From contig OZ024742.1 of NCBI GenBank assembly GCA_964016885.1, forward strand, positions 288,114,001 to 288,178,000: a stretch of 64,000 nt of DNA. The letters are read 5' to 3'. Within the stretch, counting starts at the first letter, position 1. Each line of letters begins with the position of its first letter. A program made the position numbers and the translations under genes. This stretch comes from Eledone cirrhosa (Eukaryota). The notes under the pieces are model-generated. The model worked only from the letters and a program-made list of their open reading frames with translations, was not told the origin of the DNA and made no database searches. Positions 27,101-39,273 of the stretch are shown piece after piece.

Positions 27101-29405
27101 GATTGACTCCTAATGACAGACAAAAAATTGTTTTAATGATAAACCCCCAGTGGTATCATGATAAGTCTTCCCCCTGGACCAGATACCAGTTGACTACAGG
27201 ATCTAAAGCCCCATCTCCTGTTGCTGGTAATGATTTATTTTAGTTGAGTGAACCGGAGCAATGTGAAATGAAGTATCTTCCTCAAAGCCACAATGGACCT
27301 TCTTCTGTTACCACAATAGGATTTCAACTAACTTCTTTTTTATATTTAGTCAGGGTGGAAGGCAGAGAATTGACAAAGTTATCAGGATGTCCCTTTAGTT
27401 ACCAACCCAGCTAGAACCAGCTCTGACTCTATGAAATAAAACCACCAATTTTAAAGGTTTCCAATTTAAATCAAAATCTTCCAACATAATTTTATATAAG
27501 AACCATATGTTGAATTACTTAGTAATGAAATCATTTTAGTAAATCCCTCAAAATTCTTTATTAGTTAATTGAAATAATGAATTTCATTGAAATACAGTCA
27601 TGAATGGGTTAACTTTAATAATTATCCTTATGTGTGTCCTGTGCTAATGTATACATTGGTACATGACAGTATATTAGTAAGGTGTGTAGATACTTTGGTA
27701 CAGAACTATATATATTGCCAATGTCACCAATATACAGTCCTGTGACAATATCTAGACACCTATCACCAATATACAGACCTGTGACATTAGAAATGCAGTC
27801 ATCAAACAGTTAAAAATGCTTCAGTATTTGTTCCACTTCACTGTGCCCTGAATTCAAATCCTATCACAGTCGATTTTGCTTTTCATTCATTCGAGATCAA
27901 TAAAATAAAAAAAGTACTAGTCCAGTACAGGGTTTAATTTTTCCTCTTTTTGACACTTGCCTTTTGTTTGGTAGAAATTGGTTGTTCTGACCTGCAGAAG
28001 GATGAGCTCCACTGGGTTTTAAATGCCAAGACACTGTGCCACTCCATCAGAAGTTAACAGTCATTCTTCTTCTAGTGTGGAAAGGACAGTGTCCATAACT
28101 TTTTTTCAAGAGTGTCAGAGACTGGTGGGAAGGAGGTATCTGGTAATCAGACACCTAACCTAAATACTTGCAACAGAATGGACACATAATCCAATATTCA
28201 ATATTTCCATGATCGATATCAGGTAAGTCAAAGATACCATTATCCAAGGCTGCAAAGATAAAGATACCCCCTACATTTGACACTGAACTTTTTGTCTCCC
28301 AGTATCCCTTTTCCAGACACCTCATTGAAACCTTCCATATTTTGAACTAGAAAAAAGTATCACATTACTTTACATGTTTTTCATGCCAACATTTGTTGGA
28401 CAGGTTGCCAAAGTCTGAGCAACTTCATCTTGCCAACACATTCCATTCTTGGGAAGATTTCTATGGATAGATACCCTTCCTTACAGGGTGTATTTTATTG
28501 TGGTACTGCTACTTTACAGGGTGTACCAAGTGCATTATATCATGGTACCAGTATTGCCTCTTTACAGGGTGTACTGGGTTTTTCAATATATATATATTAC
28601 ATAACATTATTAAAAACAAAAAAATAATCACCTGCAATGGACTGCTTGCTCGTTTTTGTGAGGTTGGTGTGAATTTTGGCAGCTTGCTGGAAGACTTTGC
28701 CACACCAGCTGGCAGTCCTTTCTGAAACAAATAATATATTTGATGTAGTTTTGTGAGTGCGTCCAGTGCGGAGTTGTGTTTGGTGTAGTATGCATGGAAT
28801 GAGAATATTTCAGAAAAATTCAGCTGCATGAGATTGACCATCCTTTGACTGAGTGTTCTACATTTCTTTGTGCAGTTGTCATCCTTCATACATATCACAA
28901 CCAATGCTTCATATGCCCAGTTTTTCTCTCAACTCATTCATACTTTGTCTCTCTAGTATACTACAATTACACATCCATTAAAGTATGCTGACTTTGTTTC
29001 CTTCCCAATCTCCTCATACAGAGTCCTCCATACACAAAGCCCAAGTCTCACTACCATCTAAGCACTGCCGTTAACATGCAAGCATCATACAATCAGCCTG
29101 TCACTCTGAGGGGGAGACCCTTTGAAGCAAGCAGTGGTAGTAGCTCCCTGAACTTTTTCCATTGTACATAAGCTGGGCTGACCTTTATATATAAACAATC
29201 ACAATTATTATTATTATTATTTTTTTTTTGCAAAGAATAAAAAAAAAACTGAAAGTACGTCATTTGAAAATCACTTTAGCTAACCAAAACACACAGCCTA
29301 AATATTAATTAAATACTAACTTGTACTTGTGGGATTTAAAATATTACATCGCTGACACTTCAAAAAAATGGAATTTACAGTAAAATTATTTCGTTATACC
29401 ACCAT
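10615..29405 (-). CDS. KIFC1: Kinesin-14 family minus-end motor (KIFC1/Ncd/carboxy-terminal kinesin 2-like), 15 coding exons, ~659 aa
   Basis: Phase-consistent GT-AG exons: 29400-29405, 28632-28721, 26835-26943, 25276-25395, 24524-24743, 23228-23417, 22386-22553, 21670-21816, 17485-17604, 16597-16770, 15962-16123, 15275-15413, 13281-13420, 12368-12517, 10615-10659 (total 1980 nt). Motifs: KRPAWDLKG tail, coiled coil, neck [24 protein letters not shown]-loop GQTGSGKT, switch I NERSSRSH, switch [19 protein letters not shown]. The first micro-exon is the least certain. Confidence 0.93.
11266..11603 (+). mobile_element. tRNA-derived SINE
   Basis: tRNA-like head with A box (TGGCTTAGTGG) and B box (GAGTTCAATTC), conserved body and (GAT)n tail. 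Confidence 0.85.
11638..12079 (-). mobile_element. tRNA-derived SINE (same family, opposite orientation)
   Basis: Reverse complement of the 11266 copy, including head and (GAT)n tail. Confidence 0.85.
12368..12517 (-). CDS. KIFC1: kinesin-14 motor exon ([12 protein letters not shown]...LRFATA)
   Basis: Canonical splice sites and kinesin motif [25 protein letters not shown]. Confidence 0.95.
12765..13220. repeat. Intronic minisatellite, 33-36-bp unit, ~13 copies
   Basis: Unit approx. TACTGCAACCTTAGCTCTCCTGGCCAATCACAGAAG. Confidence 0.9.
13281..13420 (-). CDS. KIFC1: kinesin-14 switch II exon
   Basis: [13 protein letters not shown]...INKSLSTL with CCAG acceptor and GTAAGT donor. Confidence 0.95.
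15275..15413 (-). CDS. KIFC1: kinesin-14 switch I exon
   Basis: [20 protein letters not shown]. Confidence 0.93.
15962..16123 (-). CDS. KIFC1: kinesin-14 motor exon
   Basis: [14 protein letters not shown]. Confidence 0.95.
16597..16770 (-). CDS. KIFC1: kinesin-14 P-loop exon
   Basis: [24 protein letters not shown]. Confidence 0.96.
17104..17311. mobile_element. piggyBac-type MITE
   Basis: TTAA-CCCTTTAGCATTT...AAATGCTAAAAGG-TTAA termini. Confidence 0.6.
17485..17604 (-). CDS. KIFC1: kinesin-14 motor exon
   Basis: [28 protein letters not shown]. Confidence 0.95.
17990..19045 (-). mobile_element. CRE-clade non-LTR retrotransposon 3' fragment (zinc finger plus REL endonuclease), frameshifted
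   Basis: [60 protein letters not shown] motifs. Confidence 0.8.
19210..20260 (+). mobile_element. Decayed mariner (Tc1/mariner) transposase
   Basis: Broken frames give [25 protein letters not shown] and [15 protein letters not shown] (DDD-domain relics). Confidence 0.8.
20265..20609 (-). mobile_element. tRNA-derived SINE
   Basis: Near-identical to 11266-11603 in reverse orientation. Confidence 0.85.
21670..21816 (-). CDS. KIFC1: kinesin-14 neck/motor start exon
   Basis: [13 protein letters not shown]. Confidence 0.95.
22386..22553 (-). CDS. KIFC1: kinesin-14 coiled-coil/neck exon
   Basis: [15 protein letters not shown]. Confidence 0.93.
22760..22980 (-). mobile_element. Nin/Deu-domain-like tRNA SINE (family 2)
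   Basis: Family core on the SINE strand, GCCTTTCATCCTTACGGGGTCGATAAAATAAAGTACCAG, is diverged here. Cleaner copies at 25440-25570, 25630-25820, 37265-37405, 42005-42110, 45715-45795 and 46268-46866. Confidence 0.65.
23228..23417 (-). CDS. KIFC1: kinesin-14 coiled-coil exon
   Basis: Phase 2/0 boundaries match neighbouring exons; heptad-rich. Confidence 0.85.
23840..24047. mobile_element. piggyBac-type MITE with TTAA target-site duplication
   Basis: TTAA|CCCTTTAGCATTTA...TAAATGCTAAAGGG|TTAA. Related copy at 30727-30940, half copy at ~15180-15241. Confidence 0.75.
24524..24743 (-). CDS. KIFC1: kinesin-14 tail/coiled-coil exon
   Basis: [12 protein letters not shown] motif typical of KIFC1-type tails. 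Confidence 0.92.
25276..25395 (-). CDS. KIFC1: kinesin-14 N-terminal tail exon
   Basis: Phase 1/1 with TATAG acceptor and GTAAGT donor. Confidence 0.8.
26275..26750 (+). mobile_element. RTE-like LINE 3' fragment (family of 44095-45290)
   Basis: [27 protein letters not shown], ending AACCCATGCAAGAGTGGAAGAACGGATG plus (GAT)n. Other pieces at ~28760-29160(-) and ~8860-9100. Confidence 0.75.
26835..26943 (-). CDS. KIFC1: kinesin-14 N-terminal tail exon
   Basis: [14 protein letters not shown]... (basic, NLS-like), phase 0/1. Confidence 0.8.
28632..28721 (-). CDS. KIFC1: kinesin-14 N-terminal tail exon
   Basis: TTTCAG acceptor, [36 protein letters not shown] donor. Confidence 0.75.
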
Positions 29406-29700
29406 ACTGTCTAAACTATAAACTACTTTACAAGTTTCATCAAGAATATTAAAAAGCACTGATGTAAAATAATATAACCGTATATTTTGAAATAATGTAG
29501 TAGTTTCTTCCTCTATATCTCTTTCACACTTACACTCTATGGAAGAAATCGCCAGATTTAAAATGACGACACATCGCATGTCACTACGACACCCCCAGAG
29601 ACTCCACCAGAAGTTACGGGCTGAAGTCCCGACGGCAACTGGCGTGAAAAGGACCGATCTGTCAAACCCCGGTATTATACAAAATGACAACGGCAAGCAC
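29400..29700 (-). promoter_or_regulatory. Putative kinesin-14 promoter/5' UTR exons and ATG micro-exon
   Basis: CpG-retaining patch 29540-29700. GTAAGT donor at 29533 and ATCAG acceptor at 29459 define a 75-nt intron, followed by ATG GTG|GTATAA. Confidence 0.5.
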
Positions 29701-32700
29701 TTAATGGCAAAATTATTGTCTAGAATGAAAATATATACAGGAAAACTATGAGTAAAAATATATATATATTGAAATAACGTTCTTTTTAACGTAATTTCTT
29801 AATATGTCATACCGTCCGGGCCATGAGTAAATATGATTACTTACGTTAATATAATTGTTATGTCCCACTATAAAGGGACATTTTTATTGATTTATTATTC
29901 TTGATGAGGTTGACAATATTAATTAATTAATCAAAATTAACGATTACATTAATTCATTTTGTTTTTGAAACATACGTAAAATAAAACAAATATTTCGATC
30001 TCTACAAACTCTTTCGTTTTCCTTTCAATACATACGTATGCGCTGAGATGCTGCTTATTTCACATTCTTTCAGATCTTGTCTAGAATGTATTTGATCTAG
30101 TTGATTAATAATCGTAACATATTGAACTTCCAATCATCTAGTCTAGTAAAAAATAGATATCTCCATTTATCAATCTTTGTGTGTGTGTTATATAATATAT
30201 ACATGAAACATGTTTGCGTGTGTGTGTTTATAAATTTATAGATAAAATCAATGCTTACCGAAGTATTCATCGAATATTGATTATTTTCCACAGATATGTT
30301 TTTAAATAAGTAATTAGAAAGTAGATAACGTTGTGAATGAAAGATTTCTAATTGAGTCGGTGAGGAAATTTTGAATTTACCACGAATTTGAAATACGATT
30401 TCTGATTGGTCGGTCGTAATTATAGACATGCGCAGTGACAGATTGTTTAAAAAACATTGCGATTAACTGATTGTTTACTTTCACATGTAAATTAACATTG
30501 GTAGTTGCATGTATTGTTGTTTAACATTTAGGCTAGTACTATAATAGAATGGATCTCCATCCGTTTAGAATAAGAGTATTCTAGTTGTTCCATTAATTGA
30601 AAAGGCTTCACGTGAAATTCGCATGCAATTCCACAGACACTATGTGACGTGGCTGGCCGTTTGAATTACAGGTACAGCACATCTTGTATTATAGCATCAT
30701 TCCACATTCCACAGACACACCCTTAATCTTTTAATGTTCAAACCGGCCAAAACCAGCCAGAATTCCCTACCTCTTTCTGTTGAAACTGGCTGGTCGCTCA
30801 AACTGACGTTAAGGTATTGTTCTCAAAATAAATACTTTCAAAATCTCATAGATTCGTTATTATGTGAGATAATTATGCAAGGTAAAGCCTTTACCATGAA
30901 AATATAATAGTATATATAGAGTAATGTGAATGCTAAAGGGTTAACGTAATTCTCAGCAAGATTCAACATGGAACAGTGAATGTCAAAGCAAGTCCACGGG
31001 GCGAGCTTTTAAGTTCCATTCACAAAGCTTGAAGTAGAACTTGGGACTTCATGATTACGAAGTGACGTTTTTAACCTTTCGGCCATAATACGTCCACACG
31101 CTTCTATATGATCAAGAGATTCAGCTGTGGCCTTCCCGTTGTAATACTGGTGTGTGTGCGTGACGTTTTCATTTAACCTATTCCAACAGTTCCAAGCCGT
31201 GATTTAAGTTCAAAGTTGCAAGTACTATATTAAAAACATAATTCACACACACACACGTGGGTATCCATTTAGTATAAGTATCTTGGGACCGTGTTCACAA
31301 GTGATGAAAGACAGGAGGCTGAATTAAGTGCAATAATTGCAGGAACTGGTGCAGCAATACGCCAGCTTCAGCATTTGGTCACCAGAAGGCAGGTAGGTGT
31401 AAAAGACATGTTACATTCATACACACCAGTATTTTATTATAGTCCAAATGGGCTTTGGAGTAACGTTACTCCGAGTGCGTAACTCGGAGATCCGAGTCGC
31501 TGTTTCTCCGAATAGAGAGATCACAGCTCTGATATTACGGACATGTGGTTAAAATGTCTCAGGAAAGAATTGCTAGTCAGATTTTATGGCCAAAACCAAC
31601 TGGCAAAACATCCAGGGGTAGACCCCGGGCAAGATGGTTGGATAATATCCATGAGCTCCACAAGCTTCTCAGAAATATCTTGGGTGAAGAAGGTGTATTT
31701 CGAAGTGAAAATTTCAAAAACTACTGTTTTATCCATGCATGTACAGATCACTAAGTGATGAAAAGACGGTAAGAAGTAAAAGGAATTAACCATCACTGAA
31801 AAAATAGTAAAAAATATCATGGAATACAAGTGTAAGAACCTGCTGGAATGTGAAACGGACCCCAGTCGGTTTCAATGAAAAATGTTCCAACTTGTAAAAT
31901 TAACGTGTAAATGGCTAGGCGTTCTATACCTTTAACATAAATATCGGTGAGATTCAGTTTGACAAGACTGGTCCTTTGAATTACAGATGAGTCCATCAAA
32001 CAGGCTTTCAAATAGTTTCCGTCTACCCAATTTCACTCACAAATTAAGACACTTGCCCAAGATTCCACGCATTTCGAACAAACTCAGATTGCGAAGTGGG
32101 CTTCGAAGCCATTCGGCGTTTAATTGGTCATGCATGACAATTAACTGTATATGGTAGTGCACATACTTAAATATGGAATGTTACGCTGACAAAATGAGAA
32201 GCAATAATTAGGGATAGGTTAACTTTGCGATAGACTGGTGTCTTGACAAATACTGCCTCAACTTCCGGATGAAACTGCAATTAGGCTTGGGTTCCAGCCT
32301 ACTGTCGACTCTAATTACGCACAAAATGACAACAGCAAGCACTTAATGGCAAAATTATCGCAAACTGATTATATACAATGGAAAGTTTCTTAAATTCTTA
32401 TTTCACAAAAAAAAATACAAACAGAAATAGGGTTGAATGAAAATATATTCAGGAAAACTATTAACAGTACGCACACACTAATATATATTGAAATAACATT
32501 CCTTTTAAGGTAATTTCTTAACATATCATACCATCCGGACCATTTAACATGAATAAATATGATTACTTAATAATTCCTGATGAGGTTGACGAATATTAAT
32601 TAATTAAACGAAATTATCGGTTGCATTAATTCATTTCGTCTTTGAAACATACGTAAAATAAAACAAATATTTCGATCTCTACAAACTCTTTCGTTTTCCT

Positions 32701-33510
32701 TTCAATACATACTTATGCTCTGTGATCCTGCTTATTTTACATTCTTTCGGATCTTGTCTAGAATTTATATGATCTAGTTGATTAATAATCGTAACACATT
32801 GAGTTGCAATCATCTCGTCTAGTAACAAAAAAATGGATATGTGTGTGTGTATTATATATATATAAAATGTTTGTGTGGGTGTTTATAAATCTCTATATAA
32901 AATCAATGCTTACCGTAGTATTCATCGAGTATTGATTATTTTCCACGGGTATGTTTTTAAATCAGTAATTAGAAAGTAGATAACGTGGATGAAATATTTC
33001 TAATTGAGTCGGTGAGGAAATTTTGAATTTACCACGAATTTGAAATGCGATTTCTGATTGGTCAGTCGTAATTACAAACATGCGCAGTGTTTAAAAAACA
33101 TTGCTTTTAACTGATTGTTTACTTTCACATTTAAATTATCATTGGTAGTTTTATGCATTGTTGTTTAATATCTAGGTATCGCATTATATTTTATTCACTG
33201 TTGTACAAATAACATAACACATTGTTCACAATTCTTTCAGAATGAAAATATAAATACTAATTTAATAAATATAATTGACTATTGCTCGGAACCTCACAAA
33301 TATAACGCACCAAAATATACGACCAGAGCGAGAGAAAGAAGTGGAAAAAAAAAGTTAGCACTAATATGAAATGGAATGGATCTCCGTTGGTTTTCAATTG
33401 TAAAAGTCTTCTCGTGAAATTCGAGTGCAAGCGGTTGACTATTCCATTGACACTATGTGACATGGTTGGCCGTTTGAATTACAGGTACAACACATCCTGT
33501 ATTATAGCGT
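29680..33510 (+). repeat. Direct local duplication, ~1-1.2 kb (29680-30695 vs 32321-33510)
   Basis: Colinear matches from AAAATGACAACGGCAAGCACTTAATGGC through GATTTCTGATTGGTC..CATGCGCAGTG to GGCCGTTTGAATTACAGGTAC. Confidence 0.9.
32571..32661 (+). ncRNA. Degenerate long-stem-II hammerhead-like motif (paralogous copy 29895-29984 has a TTGATGA core)
   Basis: CTGATGA 32577-32583, GACGAA/TTCGTC arm pairing, GAAAC-ATAC-GTA 32644-32655; stem I is weak. Confidence 0.35.
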
Positions 33511-34629
33511 CACCTCGCTTAGAAATAGTTAATTACTATAACATAATAGCTTAGAAAATCGGAATTTGGGAGGTACAGGTTTCAGTTCTCTATAACGGCT
33601 GCTGGCCACACATTTCCTTCTATAGGGGCAATTTTCTAAGAATATATATACGCACATACTCACACACACATGTTTATACGTATATGATGGCTGTCCCCTC
33701 GTTATCGAGTATGGCCATTGCACGATGTACCATTATTAATAATTATTAATTAATTCTATCGTGCAATGCCTGTGCGTGAAGATATTTTTTAAAGTGGGGA
33801 AAGACTGGGACACTGAGACAATCCCACTCTCTGAGCGACAGTAGCTATAACCCGAAAAGAAGAAAAGATCAACATCATCGGTAACTACTGAGCCGCAGGT
33901 TTTATATCGGAGTTATCCCAGTTTCATGAGTTACCTTCTCCTAGAAGAATGCCCTGACAAAGGCTAGGGGCCGTTCACTCCCAATGGTTTAAGCACGCGA
34001 TCGGATGTCCAGCCTGACTATTTCTATGTCCCCGCGCATATACACACACATGCACCCATGTATATACACATATACATAAACATACATATTTACACACTTT
34101 TGGATGGCCGTTGACTCTTATGAGTTCTTCCGCCCTTTGTTTTTAGTCCTGTAGGGTGTCCAAAATCACCCTCCTCACCAAGTAAACTTGGTGGGGTTGC
34201 CGGTTTAGTCGCCGACAACCCGACCATACTGGTTTTTTTTTGTTGAATTACCAAGTCTGACGAGCAGATCTATACTGGAGTTGTGTCTATAGGTGAACCT
34301 GAGCCAATCATCTGTGGAACAGGTTGATAATCAATAAAAACGTAAACGAAACTTCATTGTTTTTCTCAATATATACACTCTGTTGTACATCGAGTGCTCA
34401 CATTGGTATCACCAATATATATATAAAGCATAAGTATTAATTAAATTATTTGTATTGACACACATACATAGATATGGGCAAACATACTATTCTGTCTGTC
34501 TACCTACGCACATGTGATCAAAGGTCCAGAATTAAACATCAACATCAATTACAACCTGTTTAGCACTCTCTAGTAATTAGAGATAAGTTGTTCTCTCACT
34601 ACGAAAAAAATTCCGGTATGTCCTTCACA

Positions 34630-35200
34630 TCTATCTTCTAGCAAATGTCGATTTTCTCCAGCGAGGAAAACAGTACGGAAGTGTTTCCGTACTGTTTAAA
34701 AGCGAGACACTCGCCCCAAAAAACTCTGTGACACCAATAGTGTCAAAAGCATACACCTTTTTCCCTACATACATGGGGAAAAGGACACAAAAAATAAAAA
34801 TAAAAAACATACCTCCAAGCATTAACATCTGGTGGATCTTGGCTGGCTTCGTAGAGCCAGAAACAGACATAATACTTTCGATACGAAAATCCATTCGACA
34901 AAGGTGGGCGGGCACCGATTTGGAGATTCTGTTGCAAATGAAACCGGAGAGAATCTCCAAAATACCCGAAAGAGTCGTTATTGAGAATAACAACAAAATA
35001 AACATTTCGGTAGAAGGACGAAAATTTCACTGCTTTCGCTGTAGTAGCACATCTCACCTAAAAGCCTCTTGTCCACAAACACACAACAACAACATCATAA
35101 AAAAAACGCTATTACCAACACCCCATCCAGCACCCAAATGGAGATTGAACAACCCGATCTCCAGGAAACGAAAAGGTAAGTGCACCTTTCGTCCTTTTTC
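34630..35200 (+). pseudogene. Tx1/L1-like LINE ORF1 remnant
   Basis: CCHC zinc knuckle CFRCSSTSHLKASC upstream of an APE-RT ORF. Confidence 0.7.
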
Positions 35201-35220
35201 TCCAACTTTTCTTCACCAAC

Positions 35221-37268
35221 ATGGCTGGTTTACGAGTTGGAACCGTGAATGTGCGTGGCCTAGGGATGCCCTGGAAACAGGGCCAACTTTTAAACGACCT
35301 TAGGTCACACAGTATGGATGTGATAGCCATCACCGAGTCCAGAATCCACAACAGGCAGCAACTAACCCCCATCTTCGACGACTTTGAGATCTACGCATCT
35401 CTCTGTCAGCCAGGAGGTGGAGGTGGAGTGGCTATTATGTTTCGGAAGAACCTGGACGTCGGAGTACAGCAAGTACACTTGGACCCGGAGGGTAGACTGG
35501 TAGTCCTAGACGTGAACAGTATCGGAGGTGGAGCCTTCAGACTGGTGGCCGTTTATGCCCCGACCGGGCAATCGCAATCACGGCCAGACTTCTTTAAGCG
35601 TCTAGAGTCTTTTCTGGGAACGTCTCGCTCCTTACTTTTAGTGGGGGACTGGAATGGTATCCTAGATGCACGATGGGACTATGTGGGAGCATGTCCCAGT
35701 AGAGCGGGGTGCAACAGCCTCAAAACTTTAATCGGCCAATTCCAACTGGCCGATAGGTATCGACTGGATTTCCCAACTGCACCACAGTGGACGTGGGTAA
35801 ACCGCAGTGGGACATCTAGATCGTATTTAGATAGGTTCTTCATTAGAGAAAGGGACAAGGATATGTTAAGCTGTCCACGAATGCACATGGTTGCCTATTC
35901 AGATCACAAGTTAGTCGTCTGCTTAGTCAACCGTGATAGAATACATAGACAGGGTCCCGGATACTGGAAGCTGAACGTGTCGTTGCCGGCACGTAAAGCT
36001 TACAGTGAACGGATAAGTAAACTAGTCAAGCAACAGTTAACGGGAGCCATCGTCAACAATAGATGGTGGTACTCTCTCAAGAAAGCAATTAGAATAGAAT
36101 CGATAGGGTATAGCAGAGAGTTAGCCTTAGAGAAAAACAGAATAGAAAGAGAACTAGTAGCCAAGGTAGAGGAGGCACTTAGAAGTGGCAACGCGGCTAG
36201 AGTGTTAGCGTCAAGAACGGCACTGGACCAGTTCTTCGATGCGAAACACGAAGGCTGCGTGGTCAGAAGCAAAACACGTGCTCTAGGAAACGAAGGAGCG
36301 AAAGCTGTCAGCTGGGCCCGAGTGGCGGAGGCAAAAAGTGGCAACAAGTCCACGATTCGGTCTTTGAAAGACCAAAACGGACGCGTGCTACTTGACCCCA
36401 AGCAAATGTGCGCGGCCTTTCAGCGGCACTTTGCGCGACTGTTTGAGCAGAACGACGGTGAGCCGAACGGGGCAATGGACTTTAGTTAATACCTCGACGG
36501 CCTGCCGCGTCTCTCGAACACGGACGCCGAGTTCTGCGAAAGACCGATCACGGACACTGAGATACGGGACGCTCTGGGCCGCTGCGGGAAACGCAAGTCA
36601 CCCGGTCTAGATGGTCTACCCTACGAATTTTACATAGGCATGCCGGACTTGTTCTCTGGCGTCCTCGAAGCTGTCTACTGCAATTGGCAGCAGAACGGGA
36701 GAATTCCCAGTTCTGCAGGCAAGGGCGTAGTAATGCTGATCAGGAAAGACGAGAACAAGGGGGACGAAATTAACAACTTCAGGCCCATAACTCTGCTCAA
36801 CACAGAGTTAAAGATTTTGGCCAAGGTGCTAGCGACGAGGTTGGCGCTTGTCGTCGAGAACCTGGTAGGGAAAGCGCAAACGTGTGCAATCCCGACCAGG
36901 TCCATACACGACAACCTCCACCTCATGCGATACATCATAGAGAGGGTGGGTAGTAAACCCGGCTTTGGTGGGGCTCTGATCAACTTGGATCAGTCTAAGG
37001 CATTCGATAGGGTCGACCATCGATACTTGGAAGCGGTTCTCAAGGCGGCCGGTTTCGGTCCCGTGTTCAGAGGATGGATCGAGGCGATGCACACCGGCAT
37101 CTGCTCGAGGGTCAAGGTGAACGGCTACCTATCGGAGCCGTTCGCAATCACGCGTTCCATTCGACAGGGATGCCCTCTCTCCTCCATTCTGTATATATTG
37201 ACTCTAGAGTCACTACTGCGGAAATTGGAGCTGTTGCAGGGCATCCCCCTAGAACCGGGACTGCGCAA
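35221..37268 (+). mobile_element. Tx1/L1-clade LINE ORF2 (APE + partial RT), one in-frame stop, 3'-truncated
   Basis: GTVNVRGL, ITES, GDWN, SYLDR and SDH APE motifs; TAA at 36487-36489 with the frame continuing; KSPGLDG, NFRPITLLN, KAFDRVDH, RQGCPLS. Ends before YADD at a SINE junction. Confidence 0.9.
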
Positions 37269-38658
37269 AGTTAACCTAGGCGGAATTTGAACTCAGTTAC
37301 GGCGAGGTAAACTTTGCCTTTCATCCTTACGGGGTTGATAAAATAAAGTACCAGTAATACACTGGGATAATTGCTGGACTTGTGCCCAAAGTAGAAACAA
37401 TATTACTCTTTGCCATAATCATGATTAAACACATTTAAATAACAGCAAATGCTACTGCAGAAGTGGTGGTGCTAGGAGTCATTAAGCCTGTAGAACTACT
37501 GAAATGTGATTTACCATTAAAGTACATTGTTTAGCCCTTGACATTGAATACGTTCGGGGAACAGGGGAGCTAGGCTGCTGACAAAGTGGCACTTGTCATT
37601 GTTGGCTACTCCTCTTACTGAAGTAACAGGTGATGTTGATGAAGGTGCTTGACTAACAACATTAAAAAACTTTCACTTTTGTCTGAGGTGGGGCTATTAT
37701 CGATGTTAGGCGAAAACAAGATTTTGCAAGGAGTAGCAATTGTGTAGGTGTGTAAATATAAAAGATAGAGATTTTCTATAAAAGAAATATGTAAAATATA
37801 TGAATGTTACTTACATAACAATGTATTTATAAGATGAAATAATTTGTTGTCTGACTATCACTCAATGTCCCCTCTAATTTTTGTCCAGTGAACAGAACTT
37901 TTGATACTTAGAGCAAAAATATTTTAGACTTCACACATAACTAAAAGCAAAGTTCAGTTGCTCTACTAAATGTTTATATCTTCAGTTCATCAATATAGAA
38001 ATGTAGTAAAATTTCCACTGTTGAATGGGCATGTGGTTAGAATGTTTCAGGAAAGAATTGCTGGTCAGATTTTATGGGCAAAACCAACTGGCAAGAAACC
38101 CAGGGGTAGACAACAAGCAAGATGTTTGGATAATATTCATGAGCTTGGCTGGTCACTCTTGGGGATCCAGCCAGATAAGTTGGATACGGTTGCTTCAGAC
38201 AGGACCTGCTCGGAGGAGTGTTTGAGGACTCTGCCCCCACGACCCTCTCAGGAATAAGTGAACAAAGAAGAAGAATCTCTACATTTTACATATCCTCCAT
38301 ATCTTATACTGTTTCTTTATCATTTCAGAATATTAGCTGACATTGACATGACAGAACAGTTTACTTCAGATACATCATCAATATTTATCATCTGAAAGAA
38401 GCTGTTATGCAGAACAAATATCACCCTGTTTATATAAATCTATGATAGAATTACTTTGAAATATTTCATCTGATTATTTAACAATATTTCTCTACTTCAC
38501 GGTCTGGAATGTATACAAGGTGACATTGGATTCTATTAAATTTACAAAGGATTAAAAAGGGAAAAATCATACAGGATTATAAAAAACAATAATGTTGGTG
38601 AAATAAAAATAATATAAAAAAGAATTATGTGAGAATCAAGTTGAATATAAAACAATAA

Positions 38659-39273
<615 letters not shown>

